A DNA stretch of 64,000 nucleotides from Thermoplasmatota archaeon (GTDB lineage: Archaea; Thermoplasmatota; Thermoplasmata; UBA10834). Where the stretch lies: NCBI GenBank assembly GCA_040751795.1, contig JBFMHR010000001.1, forward strand, positions 128,001-192,000. Reading direction: 5' to 3'. The notes under the pieces were generated by a model. That model saw only the letters and a program-made list of their open reading frames with translations. It was not told the origin of the DNA and made no database searches. The first letter of the stretch is position 1. Each line of letters begins with the position of its first letter. Shown here in pieces: positions 1-9,908 of this stretch. Both the position numbers and the translations under genes were made by a program.

Positions 1-249
1 GGGTTCGAGTGCTTCAGGGAGAAGGTCGGGTTCGGGTCCAAGGTGCTGTCCGAGAGGCTCGGCGCCATCGAGGCGGGCAGCATGGTGGCCGGGGCCGAGG
101 CCGCGGGGCTGTACCATGCGGAGCCGGACGACGAAGGCCACTTCACGGTGAGGGTCAGGGCGGTCGTGCCCGCGGGGAGGAGGGAGGTCCTGGACCTGAC
201 GGTCCCCGACAGCCACGCCTACCTGGCGAACGGCTTCGTGTCCCACAAC
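1..249 (+). mobile_element. Intein C-terminal part in NrdJ, probably carrying a LAGLIDADG endonuclease
   Basis: Blocks F/G VLDLTVPDSHAYLANGFVSHN end at 249 and the extein resumes at Ser (250); FREKVGF at the window start resembles DOD endonuclease block H. Confidence 0.9.
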
Positions 250-2175
250 AGCGGCGGGGGCACGGGCTTCAGCTTCTCGAGGCTCAGGCCGGCCAACGAC
301 TCCGTCAAGAGCACCGCGGGCGTGTCGAGCGGCCCCATCTCGTTCATGGAGGTCTTCAACGCGGCGACGGAGACCATCAAGCAGGGGGGCACGAGGCGCG
401 GTGCCAACATGGGCATCCTGCGCGTCGACCACCCGGACATAATGTCGTTCATTACCGCCAAGAAGGACAGCACCAAGCTCACCAACTTCAACATCTCCGT
501 CGCCCTGACGGACAGGTTCATGGAGGCCGTGGAGAAGGGGACGGACTACGACCTCGTCAACCCGAGGAACAGGCAGCCCGCGTCGAAGCTCGGCTCCCGC
601 AAGGTCTTCGACATGATAGTCAACATGGCCTGGAGGAACGGCGAGCCCGGGATCGTGTTCATAGACCGCATCAACAGGGACAACCCCACCCCGAAGATAG
701 GGGAGATAGAGAGCACCAACCCGTGCGGGGAGCAGCCCCTGCTGCCCTACGAGTCGTGCAACCTCGGGTCCATCAACCTGGCCCACATGCTCTCCTACGA
801 CGCGGGAAGGTACGCCGTGGACTGGGACAGGCTGAGGGACGCCGTCCACTGGTCGGTCAGGTTCCTCGACAACGTCATTGACGTCAACAGGTACCCGCTG
901 CCTCAGATCGCCGACATGACCCGCTCGAACAGGAAGGTGGGGCTCGGGGTGATGGGCTTCGCGGACATGCTCCTCACCATGGGCGTCCCGTACGACAGCG
1001 ACGAGGCGCTGGAGCTGGGGAGGAGGATCATGGCCTTCGTCGACGACGAGGGGCACAAGGCCTCCGTCGCCCTCGCGAAGACGAGGGGCAGCTTCCCCAA
1101 CTTCGCCGAGAGCACGCTGAAGGGCAGGTTCGCGGCCATCAGGAACGCGACGGTGACCACCATCGCCCCGACCGGTACCATCAGCATAATATCGGGGGCG
1201 TCGAGCGGGGTCGAGCCGATCTTCGCCGTCGCGTACGTGCGCAACGTGATGGACAAGGACATACTCCCCGAGGTGAACCCCATCTTCGAGGCGGTCTCGA
1301 AGGCCAAGGGCTTCCACACCGACGAGCTCATGAAGGAGATCGCGGCCAAGGGCACGGTCAAGGACATAAGGGGGGTCCCGGACGACGTGAAGAGGGTCTT
1401 CGTCACGGCCCTCGACATCTCCCCCGAGTGGCACATCAAGATGCAGGCCGCCTTCCAGGAGCACACGGACAACGCCGTGTCGAAGACGGTCAACTTCCCG
1501 AGCGAGGCGACCCCCAAGGACGTCGAGGACGTGTACATGATGGCCTACAAGCTGGGCTGCAAGGGCGTCACCGTGTACAGGTACGGCAGCAGGGAGGACC
1601 AGGTCCTCAGCGTCGGGGCGGACAAGGAGAAGAAGGCGGAGGAGGCCCAGCCCGAGGAGGACGGCCGCGTGCCGAGGAAGAGGCCCATGGTCACCCGCGG
1701 CTCGACCCAGAGGATGGAGACCGGGTGCGGGCACCTGTACGTCACGATCAACGTCGACGAGAGGGGGCTGTGCGAGGTCTTCACCCAGATGGGCAAGTCA
1801 GGCGGGTGCACGGCCTCCCAGTCGGAGGCGATAGGGAGGCTGATATCGCTGGCCCTCCGCTCGGGGATGGACCCGGAGTCGATCGCCAAGCAGCTCAGGG
1901 GCATCAGGTGCCCGTCCCCGCTGTGGCAACCGGGGGGCATGGTGCTCTCGTGCAGCGACGCGGTCGCCAAGGCGCTCGAGAGGTTCGTGAAGGACTTCGA
2001 GACCTCCAAGGTGGAGAGGGCGATCGAGGCGGGGGCGGCCGCACCGCCCGCGGAGAAGCAGAACCACGTGGACAAGGGGGACGTGTGCCCCGAGTGTCCG
2101 GAGTGCGGCAGCATGGTGGAGTACGTCGAGGGCTGCGTCGTGTGCAGGACCTGCGGCTACTCCAAGTGCTGGTAG
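1..2175 (+). CDS. nrdJ: Class II (B12-dependent) ribonucleotide reductase, 5'-partial, with C-terminal TSCPD/Zn-ribbon domain
   Basis: Frame open from base 1; motifs GGGTGFSFS, RRGANMG, TNPCGEQPL, CNLGSINL, TIAPTGTIS, KGVTVYR; C-terminal CPECG..CRTCGYSKC. Confidence 0.95.
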   Translation, partial: GFECFREKVGFGSKVLSERLGAIEAGSMVAGAEAAGLYHAEPDDEGHFTVRVRAVVPAGRREVLDLTVPDSHAYLANGFVSHNSGGGTGFSFSRLRPANDSVKSTAGVSSGPISFMEVFNAATETIKQGGTRRGANMGILRVDHPDIMSFITAKKDSTKLTNFNISVALTDRFMEAVEKGTDYDLVNPRNRQPASKLGSRKVFDMIVNMAWRNGEPGIVFIDRINRDNPTPKIGEIESTNPCGEQPLLPYESCNLGSINLAHMLSYDAGRYAVDWDRLRDAVHWSVRFLDNVIDVNRYPLPQIADMTRSNRKVGLGVMGFADMLLTMGVPYDSDEALELGRRIMAFVDDEGHKASVALAKTRGSFPNFAESTLKGRFAAIRNATVTTIAPTGTISIISGASSGVEPIFAVAYVRNVMDKDILPEVNPIFEAVSKAKGFHTDELMKEIAAKGTVKDIRGVPDDVKRVFVTALDISPEWHIKMQAAFQEHTDNAVSKTVNFPSEATPKDVEDVYMMAYKLGCKGVTVYRYGSREDQVLSVGADKEKKAEEAQPEEDGRVPRKRPMVTRGSTQRMETGCGHLYVTINVDERGLCEVFTQMGKSGGCTASQSEAIGRLISLALRSGMDPESIAKQLRGIRCPSPLWQPGGMVLSCSDAVAKALERFVKDFETSKVERAIEAGAAAPPAEKQNHVDKGDVCPECPECGSMVEYVEGCVVCRTCGYSKCW

Positions 2176-2201
2176 GAAACAAGAAGAGGGAAACGCAAAC
2201 G

Positions 2202-2246
2202 CGCACACGGCCCCGGGGTGCGGGCCTGTGCGGTTCCATTTTCTTT
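2202..2246 (+). terminator. Hairpin plus T-rich tract after nrdJ
   Basis: cgcacacggccc...gggcctgtgcg stem (one bulge) followed by ttttcttt. Confidence 0.5.
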
Positions 2247-2475
2247 CCATGCCCGAGGTACTGTACACGTAGTGGCAGGTGAGTTCAACCCCCGCGGCGG
2301 TGGGGAGGGCATGAGTGGCCTGGGCCATCCGTGGGAGTACCCCTCATCGGACGCGGGGACGGCGATTGAGCATACCGCGGTCTGCCGGCTAAGGGGCAGG
2401 GCCCACGGTCCACCCATCGTGAAAAATGTTTACTCCCCCATGCCCATAACCCCGGGCGGAAAGGAGAGGGCGGAG

Positions 2476-3453
2476 ATGACTGAGGTTAGGGTCAAGCAGA
2501 TGGCGCGCGACGTCAGGCCCGGGGAAAGGGTCGACAGCTACTTCTCTGTGAGCTACAAGAAGCCCGTCACGGAGTACAGGAACGGGCACATGTTCGAGGT
2601 CAGGGTCGCGGACAGCAGCGGCCAGCTCACCGTCAAGTACTGGGGGGACAGGGACCGCGAGGCGGTCCAGAGGGTCTACTCCTCCTTCGACAAGGACGAC
2701 GTCGTGAGGGTCACCGGCACCAGCTCCGAGTACAGGGGGCAGGTCGAGGTCTCCGTGAGCAGGGAGGGCGGGGGCACCATCGCCAGGATGGAGGACGGCA
2801 CCTACGACACCTCGGCCCTCATCTCCACGGTCGAGGACATCCCCGGGAAGGCGGAGAGGCTGATGTCCCACGTCTCGAAGGTCGAGGAGCCGCACATGCG
2901 GGCCCTCCTCGAGTCGTTCTTCGCCGACGGGGCGTTCATGGAGGCGTTCTCCAAGGCGCCCGCCTCGATCCAGCTCCACGGGGCGGCCGTGGGCGGCCTG
3001 CTCCAGCACACCCTCAACGTGGCGGACAACGCCATGGAGGCGGTGAGGCAGCACCCGGAGCTGGACAGGGACCTCGTCCTCACGGGGGCCCTCCTCCACG
3101 ACATAGGGAAGGTGAGGACTTTCAGGGTCACGACCAACATCAACGCGACCGTCGAGGGGAACCTCCTCGGGCACATAGTCATAGGGGACGAGGAGCTCAT
3201 GGCCCACGTCTCCTCCATAGAGGGGTTCCCGGCGGACCTCGCCCTCAAGGTCAGGCACATACTCCTCGCCCACTTCGGGAAGAGGGAGTGGGGCTCCCCC
3301 GTGGAGCCCATGACCCCCGAGGCCCTCGCGGTTCACGAGGCGGACGACACCGACGCCAAGCTCGAGTACATGATCGCGAGGCGGAGGGACGCCGTCACGG
3401 AGGACGACTGGGTCTGGGACGGGAGGCTGGGGCGCCTCATATACCTCAGATGA
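2476..3453 (+). CDS. OB-fold + HD-domain 3'-5' exoribonuclease (YhaM/Cbf1 family)
   Basis: N-terminal OB fold; GGLLQH, LLHDIGK, GHI, AHFGKREWGSP, HEADDTDAK; ATG 2476 after GGAG. Confidence 0.88.
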   Translation: MTEVRVKQMARDVRPGERVDSYFSVSYKKPVTEYRNGHMFEVRVADSSGQLTVKYWGDRDREAVQRVYSSFDKDDVVRVTGTSSEYRGQVEVSVSREGGGTIARMEDGTYDTSALISTVEDIPGKAERLMSHVSKVEEPHMRALLESFFADGAFMEAFSKAPASIQLHGAAVGGLLQHTLNVADNAMEAVRQHPELDRDLVLTGALLHDIGKVRTFRVTTNINATVEGNLLGHIVIGDEELMAHVSSIEGFPADLALKVRHILLAHFGKREWGSPVEPMTPEALAVHEADDTDAKLEYMIARRRDAVTEDDWVWDGRLGRLIYLR

Positions 3454-3540
3454 CACCGTTATAAGTACATATCAGTACATCAATGCTCGAAAAGGATATA
3501 TACTGACGGCTCTTGTAGGCATCCTCAGAGGAGGGGTACA

Positions 3541-4842
3541 TTGAGACCCACAAGGACCACGTTGACTCCCGAAGAGATGCCCAAGAAATGGTACAACATA
3601 CTGCCCGACCTGCCGGAGCCTCTCGCTCCGCCGCTCGACCCGGGGACGAAGAAGCCGATCAGCCCGTCCGCCCTCGAGGCGATATTCCCCAAGGCCCTCA
3701 TCGCGCAGGAGATGTCCTCCGACAGGTACATCGACATACCCGAGGAGGTCCTCCAGTCGTACATGATGGTCACGAGGCCGAGCCCGCTCCAGAGGGCCAC
3801 GAGGCTCGAGGAGGCCCTCGGCACCCCCGCGCACATCTACTTCAAGCGCGAGGACCTGAGCCCGGCCGGCAGCCACAAGACGAACACCTCCCTCGCCCAG
3901 GCGTACTACAACATGAAGGAGGGCGTGACGCACCTGACCACGGAGACGGGCGCGGGGCAGTGGGGCACGGCCCTCTCCCTCTCGTGCAACTACTTCGGCC
4001 TCAAGTGCAAGGTCTTCATGGTCCGCGCCAGCTACGACCAGAAGCCCTACAGGAGGGAGATGATGAGGATCTACGGCGCCGAGGTCAACCCGTCGCCCAG
4101 CATGCTCACCGACTTCGGCAAGAAGCTCCTGGAGAAGGACCCGAAGCACCCGGGCTCCCTGGGGATAGCGATATCCGAGGCGCTCGAGACCTGCGTCAAG
4201 GCCGGGAACGCGAAGTACAGCCTCGGGAGCGTCCTGAACCACGTGATGCTGCACCAGACCATCATAGGCCAGGAGGCGATGCTCCAGTTCCAGAAGCTCG
4301 GCGAGACCCCGGACCACCTCATAGGGTGCGTCGGTGGGGGCTCCAACTTCGCGGGCTTCACCTTCCCGTTCATAGGGCAGAAGCTCAAGGGGAAGCTGGA
4401 CACCGAGTTCATCGCGGTCGAGCCGACCGTCGTCCCGAGCCTCACGCAGGGCAAGTACGAGTACGACTTCGGCGACACAGCGGGGATGACGCCCCTGCTC
4501 CTCATGTACACCCTCGGGCACGACTTCATCCCGTCCCCCATACACGCGGGGGGGCTGAGGTACCACGGGGCCGCGCCGACCGTGAGCGCGCTCGTGAAGT
4601 CGAAGGTCGTGAGACCGGTCTCCTACCAGCAGAAGGAGGTCTTCGAGGCGGCCCACATGTTCGCGAGGGCGGAGGGGATCATCCCCGCGCCCGAGACGAG
4701 CCACGCCATCAAGGCGGCCATCGACCTCGCCCTCGAGGCCAAGAGGAAGAACGAGGAGAGGGTCATCGGGTTCAACTTCTCCGGCCACGGCCTGCTGGAC
4801 CTCGGCGGGTACCAGCAGTACCTGGACGGGAAGATGGCCTGA
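3541..4842 (+). CDS. trpB2: Stand-alone tryptophan synthase beta chain, TrpB2 type
   Basis: [18 protein letters not shown] lysine, [32 protein letters not shown]; GGAGG RBS before TTG. Confidence 0.93.
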   Translation: MRPTRTTLTPEEMPKKWYNILPDLPEPLAPPLDPGTKKPISPSALEAIFPKALIAQEMSSDRYIDIPEEVLQSYMMVTRPSPLQRATRLEEALGTPAHIYFKREDLSPAGSHKTNTSLAQAYYNMKEGVTHLTTETGAGQWGTALSLSCNYFGLKCKVFMVRASYDQKPYRREMMRIYGAEVNPSPSMLTDFGKKLLEKDPKHPGSLGIAISEALETCVKAGNAKYSLGSVLNHVMLHQTIIGQEAMLQFQKLGETPDHLIGCVGGGSNFAGFTFPFIGQKLKGKLDTEFIAVEPTVVPSLTQGKYEYDFGDTAGMTPLLLMYTLGHDFIPSPIHAGGLRYHGAAPTVSALVKSKVVRPVSYQQKEVFEAAHMFARAEGIIPAPETSHAIKAAIDLALEAKRKNEERVIGFNFSGHGLLDLGGYQQYLDGKMA

Positions 4843-4862
4843 GCCCGCAAACGCCCCGGAAC

Positions 4863-4898
4863 GGGCCGCCCGGGCGGGCGGCCCTTCAACCCTGTTTT
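4863..4898 (+). terminator. GC hairpin between convergent genes
   Basis: 9-bp stem gggccgccc/gggcggccc with 4-nt loop, followed by a T tract. Confidence 0.5.
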
Positions 4899-4925
4899 AC
4901 CGGATTCAAGCGCGCTTGAGGGCCC

Positions 4926-5411
4926 TCAGGCGAAGTAGCCCTCCTCGCGCTCCCTCATGCTCCTGTAGGCGTGCCTGAACTCGGGCCTCTGGATGAGGGT
5001 GCCGACCCTCTGGTCCAGCTCCGCCCTGAGGGCGTCCTGCCTCGATGGGTAGTACTCGCGCCTGAACACGTCGGCCGTGTCGGAGGAGTACTGCTGCATC
5101 CCGAACATGACCACGGCGGAGGCGTCCTTCGCCTTGGATATCACGCTCAGCGGCACGGGAGCCCCGCCGCGGACCAGCTCGAGCATGTCGCCCGACGGGC
5201 CTCCCACCTCGTTCGCCACGGCGACCATCCTCTGGGGCGCCAGCTCCTGCGACTTGATCTGGTAGACCCTCTGGTCCGTGAAGATGAAGGTGTCGTAGGA
5301 GGAGGAGACGTGGTCCCTGCCCGTGAGGGCGCGCCACTCATGCCTCCGCTCGCTCTCGTCGTACTTGGCCTTCAGGTAGCGCATGAACTCGTCGATGCCG
5401 TGGAACTCCAT
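4926..5411 (-). CDS. Hypothetical protein (161 aa)
   Basis: Host-like GC3 codon usage, protein-like composition; no motif recognised. Confidence 0.75.
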   Translation of the reverse strand: MEFHGIDEFMRYLKAKYDESERRHEWRALTGRDHVSSSYDTFIFTDQRVYQIKSQELAPQRMVAVANEVGGPSGDMLELVRGGAPVPLSVISKAKDASAVVMFGMQQYSSDTADVFRREYYPSRQDALRAELDQRVGTLIQRPEFRHAYRSMREREEGYFA

Positions 5412-5463
5412 CTCAAGAACACGTTAAGGCCCGGGAGGGATTAACCTTTCGCCTGCAGCCAGC

Positions 5464-6363
5464 TCAACGGTAGCTCTCGCCGGTGATGAGCTCGAACATC
5501 TCGACGTAGAGGTCGGAGACCTCCTTGATCTTGTCCGCCGGCAGCGCGGGGATCTTCGGCTCGGGCCTCCCCTGCTTCCTCGCCTCCATGAGCTTCGAGT
5601 AGTACCCCTTCTCGCGGTAGTACTGCCTCACGAGCTCCTTGCTGAGCTCGACGAACTCGCCCTTGGAGTAGTTGGTCCAGTCCCACCACCGGTCCTCGTC
5701 CGCGGTGCCGAAGGTGTCGACGACCATCAGCTCCCTGTCCTCGTCGAAGGCGAACTCCTTCTTGCCGTCGACGTGGATGAGGTCGCGCTTCTCGACCTCC
5801 TCGGCGATCCTCTCGTCGATCTGCAGCGCCGAGTCGACTATGGTCTTGTACTCCTCCGCGCTTATGGACGCGAGCTTCATCGCCTCCGTCTTCGTCAGGA
5901 GCCTGTCGAACTCCTCGAGCTTGGTGGTGACCTCCACGAACGGCTCCGGGAGCTTGTCGCCGTACTTGACCTCCTTGTTCTTGAGGCCCAGCTTGGAGGG
6001 CTTGACCTCGCCGCTCCTGACCCTGTCCCAGAGCGACCCGGCGACGTAGTACCTGCATATGACCTCGAGCGGGACGAGGAAGTTGGAGGTCTTCTTCGTC
6101 AGCTTGGACGGCTCCAGGACCTGGACCTTGTGGACCCTCATCCTGTTCGGAGGGATGAACTCCCTGAAGTGCGTCTTGATGCCGCACGACCTCGCGACCT
6201 GGAACCAGAAGGCGCTCGTCCGGCACAGCGTCTCGCCCTTGTGCGGGATGAGGGAAGGGATGATCTTGTCGAACACGCTGATCTTGTCCGAGAACACGAA
6301 CTCCAGCGTGTGCGCGTCGACCTCGTAGACGTCCTTCACTTTGCCCTGGCGTATCATTTTCAT
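5464..6363 (-). CDS. purC: SAICAR synthetase
   Basis: GKVKDVY, SDKISVFD, PLEVICRYYVAGS, DGKKEF, DTFGTADEDR; start moved to ATG 6363. Confidence 0.93.
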   Translation of the reverse strand: MKMIRQGKVKDVYEVDAHTLEFVFSDKISVFDKIIPSLIPHKGETLCRTSAFWFQVARSCGIKTHFREFIPPNRMRVHKVQVLEPSKLTKKTSNFLVPLEVICRYYVAGSLWDRVRSGEVKPSKLGLKNKEVKYGDKLPEPFVEVTTKLEEFDRLLTKTEAMKLASISAEEYKTIVDSALQIDERIAEEVEKRDLIHVDGKKEFAFDEDRELMVVDTFGTADEDRWWDWTNYSKGEFVELSKELVRQYYREKGYYSKLMEARKQGRPEPKIPALPADKIKEVSDLYVEMFELITGESYR

Positions 6364-6525
6364 GGCTGACGGGTGCGTTGTAAGCAATGGTTGCTTTTAA
6401 TGGTTTTGGTACGTCGCGGCGGCACTGACCGGGCCGCTGGTAGCAGCTGGGCGGCGCGCGGGCCGCGTGGTAATTCGAAAACCATTATGCGCCATGGGTC
6501 CCCTCAGCCGCCACGAGGAACGGAG

Positions 6526-7815
6526 ATGGCCAGGGACTTCTCGAGGCACTTCTCGCAGAGGGCTAGGGAGATGAAGGCGTCGGACGTCAGGGAGCTCCTC
6601 AAGCTCCTGCAGGTCCCCGACATGATCTCGTTCGCTGGGGGCATGCCGAGCCCCGAGACGTTCCCAGCGGACATGATACGCGAGATCGCGTCCGAGGTGC
6701 TGGCCAAGGACAGCGGGAGGATACTCCAGTACGGCATCACCGAGGGCTACGCGCCCCTCAGGGAGTCGATCGCGGACAGGATGAGGGGCAAGGGGATGGA
6801 CGCCTCGGCGGACGACGTCCTGGTCGTGAGCGGCTCGCAGCAGGTCATCGACCTCATGGGCAAGGTGTTCATCGACCCGAAGGACGTCATCGTGGTGTCG
6901 GCGCCGACCTACCTCACCGCGCTCACGGGGTTCGGCACCTACCAGGCGGCGTTCGAGGCCGTCCCGCTGGACCAGGACAACATGCGCCTGGACCTGTTCG
7001 AGGAGAGGGTCAAGAGGCTTGCCAAGAGGTCGAACCAGCCGAAGATCGTCTATGTCCTGCCCAACTTCCACAACCCCGCTGGCGTCACCATGCCCGAGGC
7101 GAACAGGAGGAGGCTCGTGGACATGGCCTCGGAGTACGACTTCATCGTGCTCGAGGACGACCCGTACGGCGAGCTGAGGTACTCCGGGGAGCACCTCAAG
7201 CCCGTCAAGGCCTTCGACGACGAGGGGCGGGTCGTGTACATGGGCACCTTCTCCAAGGTGCTCTCGCCCGGCCTGAGGGTCGGGTGGGTCGTGGCGGACC
7301 CCGAGATACTCAAGAAGCTCATCATATCGAAGCAGTCGACGGACGTGTGCACGAACGTGCTCGGCCAGGCGATCGCGCACGAGTACATGGCCCGGAAGCT
7401 GATGGACAGGCAGATCAAGAAGATCATCGAGATCTACGGGCGGAAGCTCAGGCTCATGCTCGACGGAATGGAGGAGTTCATGCCCGACGGGGTCAAATGG
7501 CTGAAGCCCGAGGGAGGGATGTTCCTGTGGGCCACCCTCCCCGATGGGCTGGAGTCGCCACCGCTCCTGGAGAAGAGCCTCAAGAAGAGGGTCGCGTTCG
7601 TCTCGGGCAGGGCGTTCTTCCCCGACCCGAAGGACGGCTTCGGGACGCTCAGGCTCAACTTCTCGTACCCCTCGGACGAGCTGATAACGGAGGGGCTGCG
7701 CAGGCTCGGGGCGGTCATAAACCAGGAGATGGTCTCCAAGTGGGACAAGTCCGCCGACAAGGACGAGGAGCGCATGGCCGACGCCGTGAGGGGCTCCCTG
7801 GTCGGGCGCGACTAG
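6526..7815 (+). CDS. Class I/II PLP aminotransferase (LysN/Aro8-like)
   Basis: ISFAGGMP, PNFHNPAG, EDDPYGEL, GTFSKVLSPGLRVGW, PEGGMFLW. Confidence 0.92.
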   Translation: MARDFSRHFSQRAREMKASDVRELLKLLQVPDMISFAGGMPSPETFPADMIREIASEVLAKDSGRILQYGITEGYAPLRESIADRMRGKGMDASADDVLVVSGSQQVIDLMGKVFIDPKDVIVVSAPTYLTALTGFGTYQAAFEAVPLDQDNMRLDLFEERVKRLAKRSNQPKIVYVLPNFHNPAGVTMPEANRRRLVDMASEYDFIVLEDDPYGELRYSGEHLKPVKAFDDEGRVVYMGTFSKVLSPGLRVGWVVADPEILKKLIISKQSTDVCTNVLGQAIAHEYMARKLMDRQIKKIIEIYGRKLRLMLDGMEEFMPDGVKWLKPEGGMFLWATLPDGLESPPLLEKSLKKRVAFVSGRAFFPDPKDGFGTLRLNFSYPSDELITEGLRRLGAVINQEMVSKWDKSADKDEERMADAVRGSLVGRD

Positions 7816-8513
7816 AACACGTCCGCGCCCGCGTGGACCACGATGCCCTTGTCAGTTATCGAGTAGGGCTTGACGCGCCTCGAGTGGCCTGTGCGGCGCA
7901 TCTTCAGTATCCTCACGGTGAGCTGGACCTCGCCGCCCTCCTTGGCCTCGTCCGACTGGAGGAGGACCACGCCGTCCGCGGTGTACTCCGCGAGGCCGTC
8001 CCTCGAGGACCTCGGGTTCTCGTCCTTGACCTCGGCCGTCAGGATGGTGGTCGCGCCCGTGCTCCTCAGCAGCTGGCACAGGTTGAACAGGTTCGTCCTC
8101 CTCTCGGTGTCGTCGTCGAACATCATGTTGAGGAGCGAGACCGAGTCGATGACGACCCTCTTGGCCCCGAAGCCCTTGATGAACTTGGGCAGGTCGCTCT
8201 TGATCCTGGTGACCGTGGTCTTGGCGTCGGAGGGCTCCAGCTTGAAGAGGCCCAGCTTCTTGGAGTCTATGGCCTTGGAGATGTCCCACCCGAACGTGGC
8301 CGCGTTCCTGGTGATCGACTCCTTGTCCTCCTCCAGCGAGATGAATATGCACGGCTCCCCGGCCCTGATGCCCTCCACCAGGTACTGCATGGCGAGGGTG
8401 GTCTTGCCCGTCCCGAACGAGCCCATGACCACCACGATGTGGTTCTCAGGGAGCCCGCCCTGGAGCATCTCGTCCAGACCATCCACGCCCGTCTTGACCC
8501 TGCCTTCCGACAT
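7812..8513 (-). CDS. KaiC/RAD55-family single-domain ATPase
   Basis: TGVDGLDEML, Walker A GSFGTGKT, SLEE, VVIDS, KMRRTGH. Confidence 0.92.
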   Translation of the reverse strand: MSEGRVKTGVDGLDEMLQGGLPENHIVVVMGSFGTGKTTLAMQYLVEGIRAGEPCIFISLEEDKESITRNAATFGWDISKAIDSKKLGLFKLEPSDAKTTVTRIKSDLPKFIKGFGAKRVVIDSVSLLNMMFDDDTERRTNLFNLCQLLRSTGATTILTAEVKDENPRSSRDGLAEYTADGVVLLQSDEAKEGGEVQLTVRILKMRRTGHSRRVKPYSITDKGIVVHAGADVF

Positions 8514-8517
8514 CTCT

Positions 8518-9363
8518 TCATCCCACCCGCTCTGTGTTTATCACGACGAAGCCGCTCTGGGAGGTGATGAGGGTGGCGAACCTCGCTATCCTCTCCTGGT
8601 CCAGGTGCGGCAGGACGCTCATGAACTTCTCCACGTAGAGGTACCTCTGCCTCTTCGAGGTGTGATGGAACTTGGCCCACTCGAACTTGAGCACGCCGTC
8701 CACGCTGTCGATTATCATCTGCTGGCGGTGGTTGTCGAGGATGCCGTCCGTGAGTATGACGTAGAAGACCGAGCCCCACTTCTTGGCCATCCTCTGGATG
8801 CCCTTCATCAGCGACACCACGTCCTCGAACTTGACGGTGTCGGAGACGATGAGGTCCGTGAGGGAGTCGACGATGACGAGGCTCTTGGGCGCGTTCGCGT
8901 CCAGGAAGTTGACGAGCGACTCCATGAGGCCGTCCTCCTTCTTGTCCGAGAAGAGGGCGGTCTCGCCCGACTCCGTCCAGCTGGACGGGACGACCGTCCT
9001 CTGGAAGTAGTCCTTCGAGAAGTCCTTGAACTTCAGGTTGGTGGTGAGCGAGTCGGAGAAGTCGCGGTTGAAGGACAGCTTCACCTCGCGGAGGATGTCC
9101 TCCCTCGACCTGGAGAACGCGATGTAGCTCAGCTTCTCTGGCAGGATCCCCGCCTTCCCGGCATGGCCCAGCATGAACGAGCGCGTCTCCGGGAACTCCT
9201 TGACTATGCCGATCTTGGCCGCGGAGGTGAGGGCGAACTCGAGGCCGCCGCCGCCCACGTCCCCGAGGAGCAGCACGACCGAACCGGTCGGCAGGCCGCC
9301 GCCGATGATGGAGTCGAAGTCGGCGACACCGGTGGGTATCCTCTGTACATCCCCTTCTGACAT
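8518..9363 (-). CDS. KaiC/RAD55-family ATPase paralog with degenerate Walker A
   Basis: IPTGVADFDSIIGGG, P-loop GDVGGGGLEF lacking GKT, VIVDSLTD, VDGVL. Confidence 0.85.
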   Translation of the reverse strand: MSEGDVQRIPTGVADFDSIIGGGLPTGSVVLLLGDVGGGGLEFALTSAAKIGIVKEFPETRSFMLGHAGKAGILPEKLSYIAFSRSREDILREVKLSFNRDFSDSLTTNLKFKDFSKDYFQRTVVPSSWTESGETALFSDKKEDGLMESLVNFLDANAPKSLVIVDSLTDLIVSDTVKFEDVVSLMKGIQRMAKKWGSVFYVILTDGILDNHRQQMIIDSVDGVLKFEWAKFHHTSKRQRYLYVEKFMSVLPHLDQERIARFATLITSQSGFVVINTERVG

Positions 9364-9436
9364 GAGAACTGCCCGACGCATGCATGTATGCGATTATGTA
9401 ACTTTCGGGAATGGCGACAAAAGACTGTGAAACGGC

Positions 9437-9904
9437 TCAAGCCAGCAGGTCACGCACGAGCGCGAGCGCGGACTCGGACGAGCGGGTCTTCACGTCGTCG
9501 CGCGCGCCCGGGAAGACGTGCCGGCTGCACACCGTCCCGCCCTCCGTCGAGGCCGCGATGAAGACTAGGCCGACGGGCTTCGACGGGCTCCCTCCGTCCG
9601 GCCCCGCTATCCCGGTCGTGGAGACGCCGACGTCGGCCCCGAAGGCCCTCCTCGCCCCCTCGGCCATCTGCCGCGCGACCGCCTCGCTCACGGCGCCCTC
9701 CGCCTCCAGCGACTCGGGGCTCACGCCCAGGAGGCCGACCTTCGCCTCGTCGCTGTAGGAAATGACGCCGCCCAGGAAGTAGTCGCTGCTGCCCGGCACC
9801 GAGGTGATCATGTCGCCGAGCCTGCCGCCCGTGCACGACTCCGCGACCGCGATGGTCAGGCCCTTCGCCCTCAGCGCCGACCCGACCTCCTCCGGCAGCG
9901 ACAC
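9437..9904 (-). CDS. cinA: CinA/PncC-family NMN deamidase
   Basis: AESCTGG, PGSSDYF, GAVSE, TGIAGPDGG, KPVGLV. Confidence 0.92.
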   Translation of the reverse strand: MSLPEEVGSALRAKGLTIAVAESCTGGRLGDMITSVPGSSDYFLGGVISYSDEAKVGLLGVSPESLEAEGAVSEAVARQMAEGARRAFGADVGVSTTGIAGPDGGSPSKPVGLVFIAASTEGGTVCSRHVFPGARDDVKTRSSESALALVRDLLA

Positions 9905-9908
9905 GCGC

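Noticed and set aside
3541-4842. trpB without trpA as an anomaly
   Set aside because: Stand-alone TrpB2 is a well-described class
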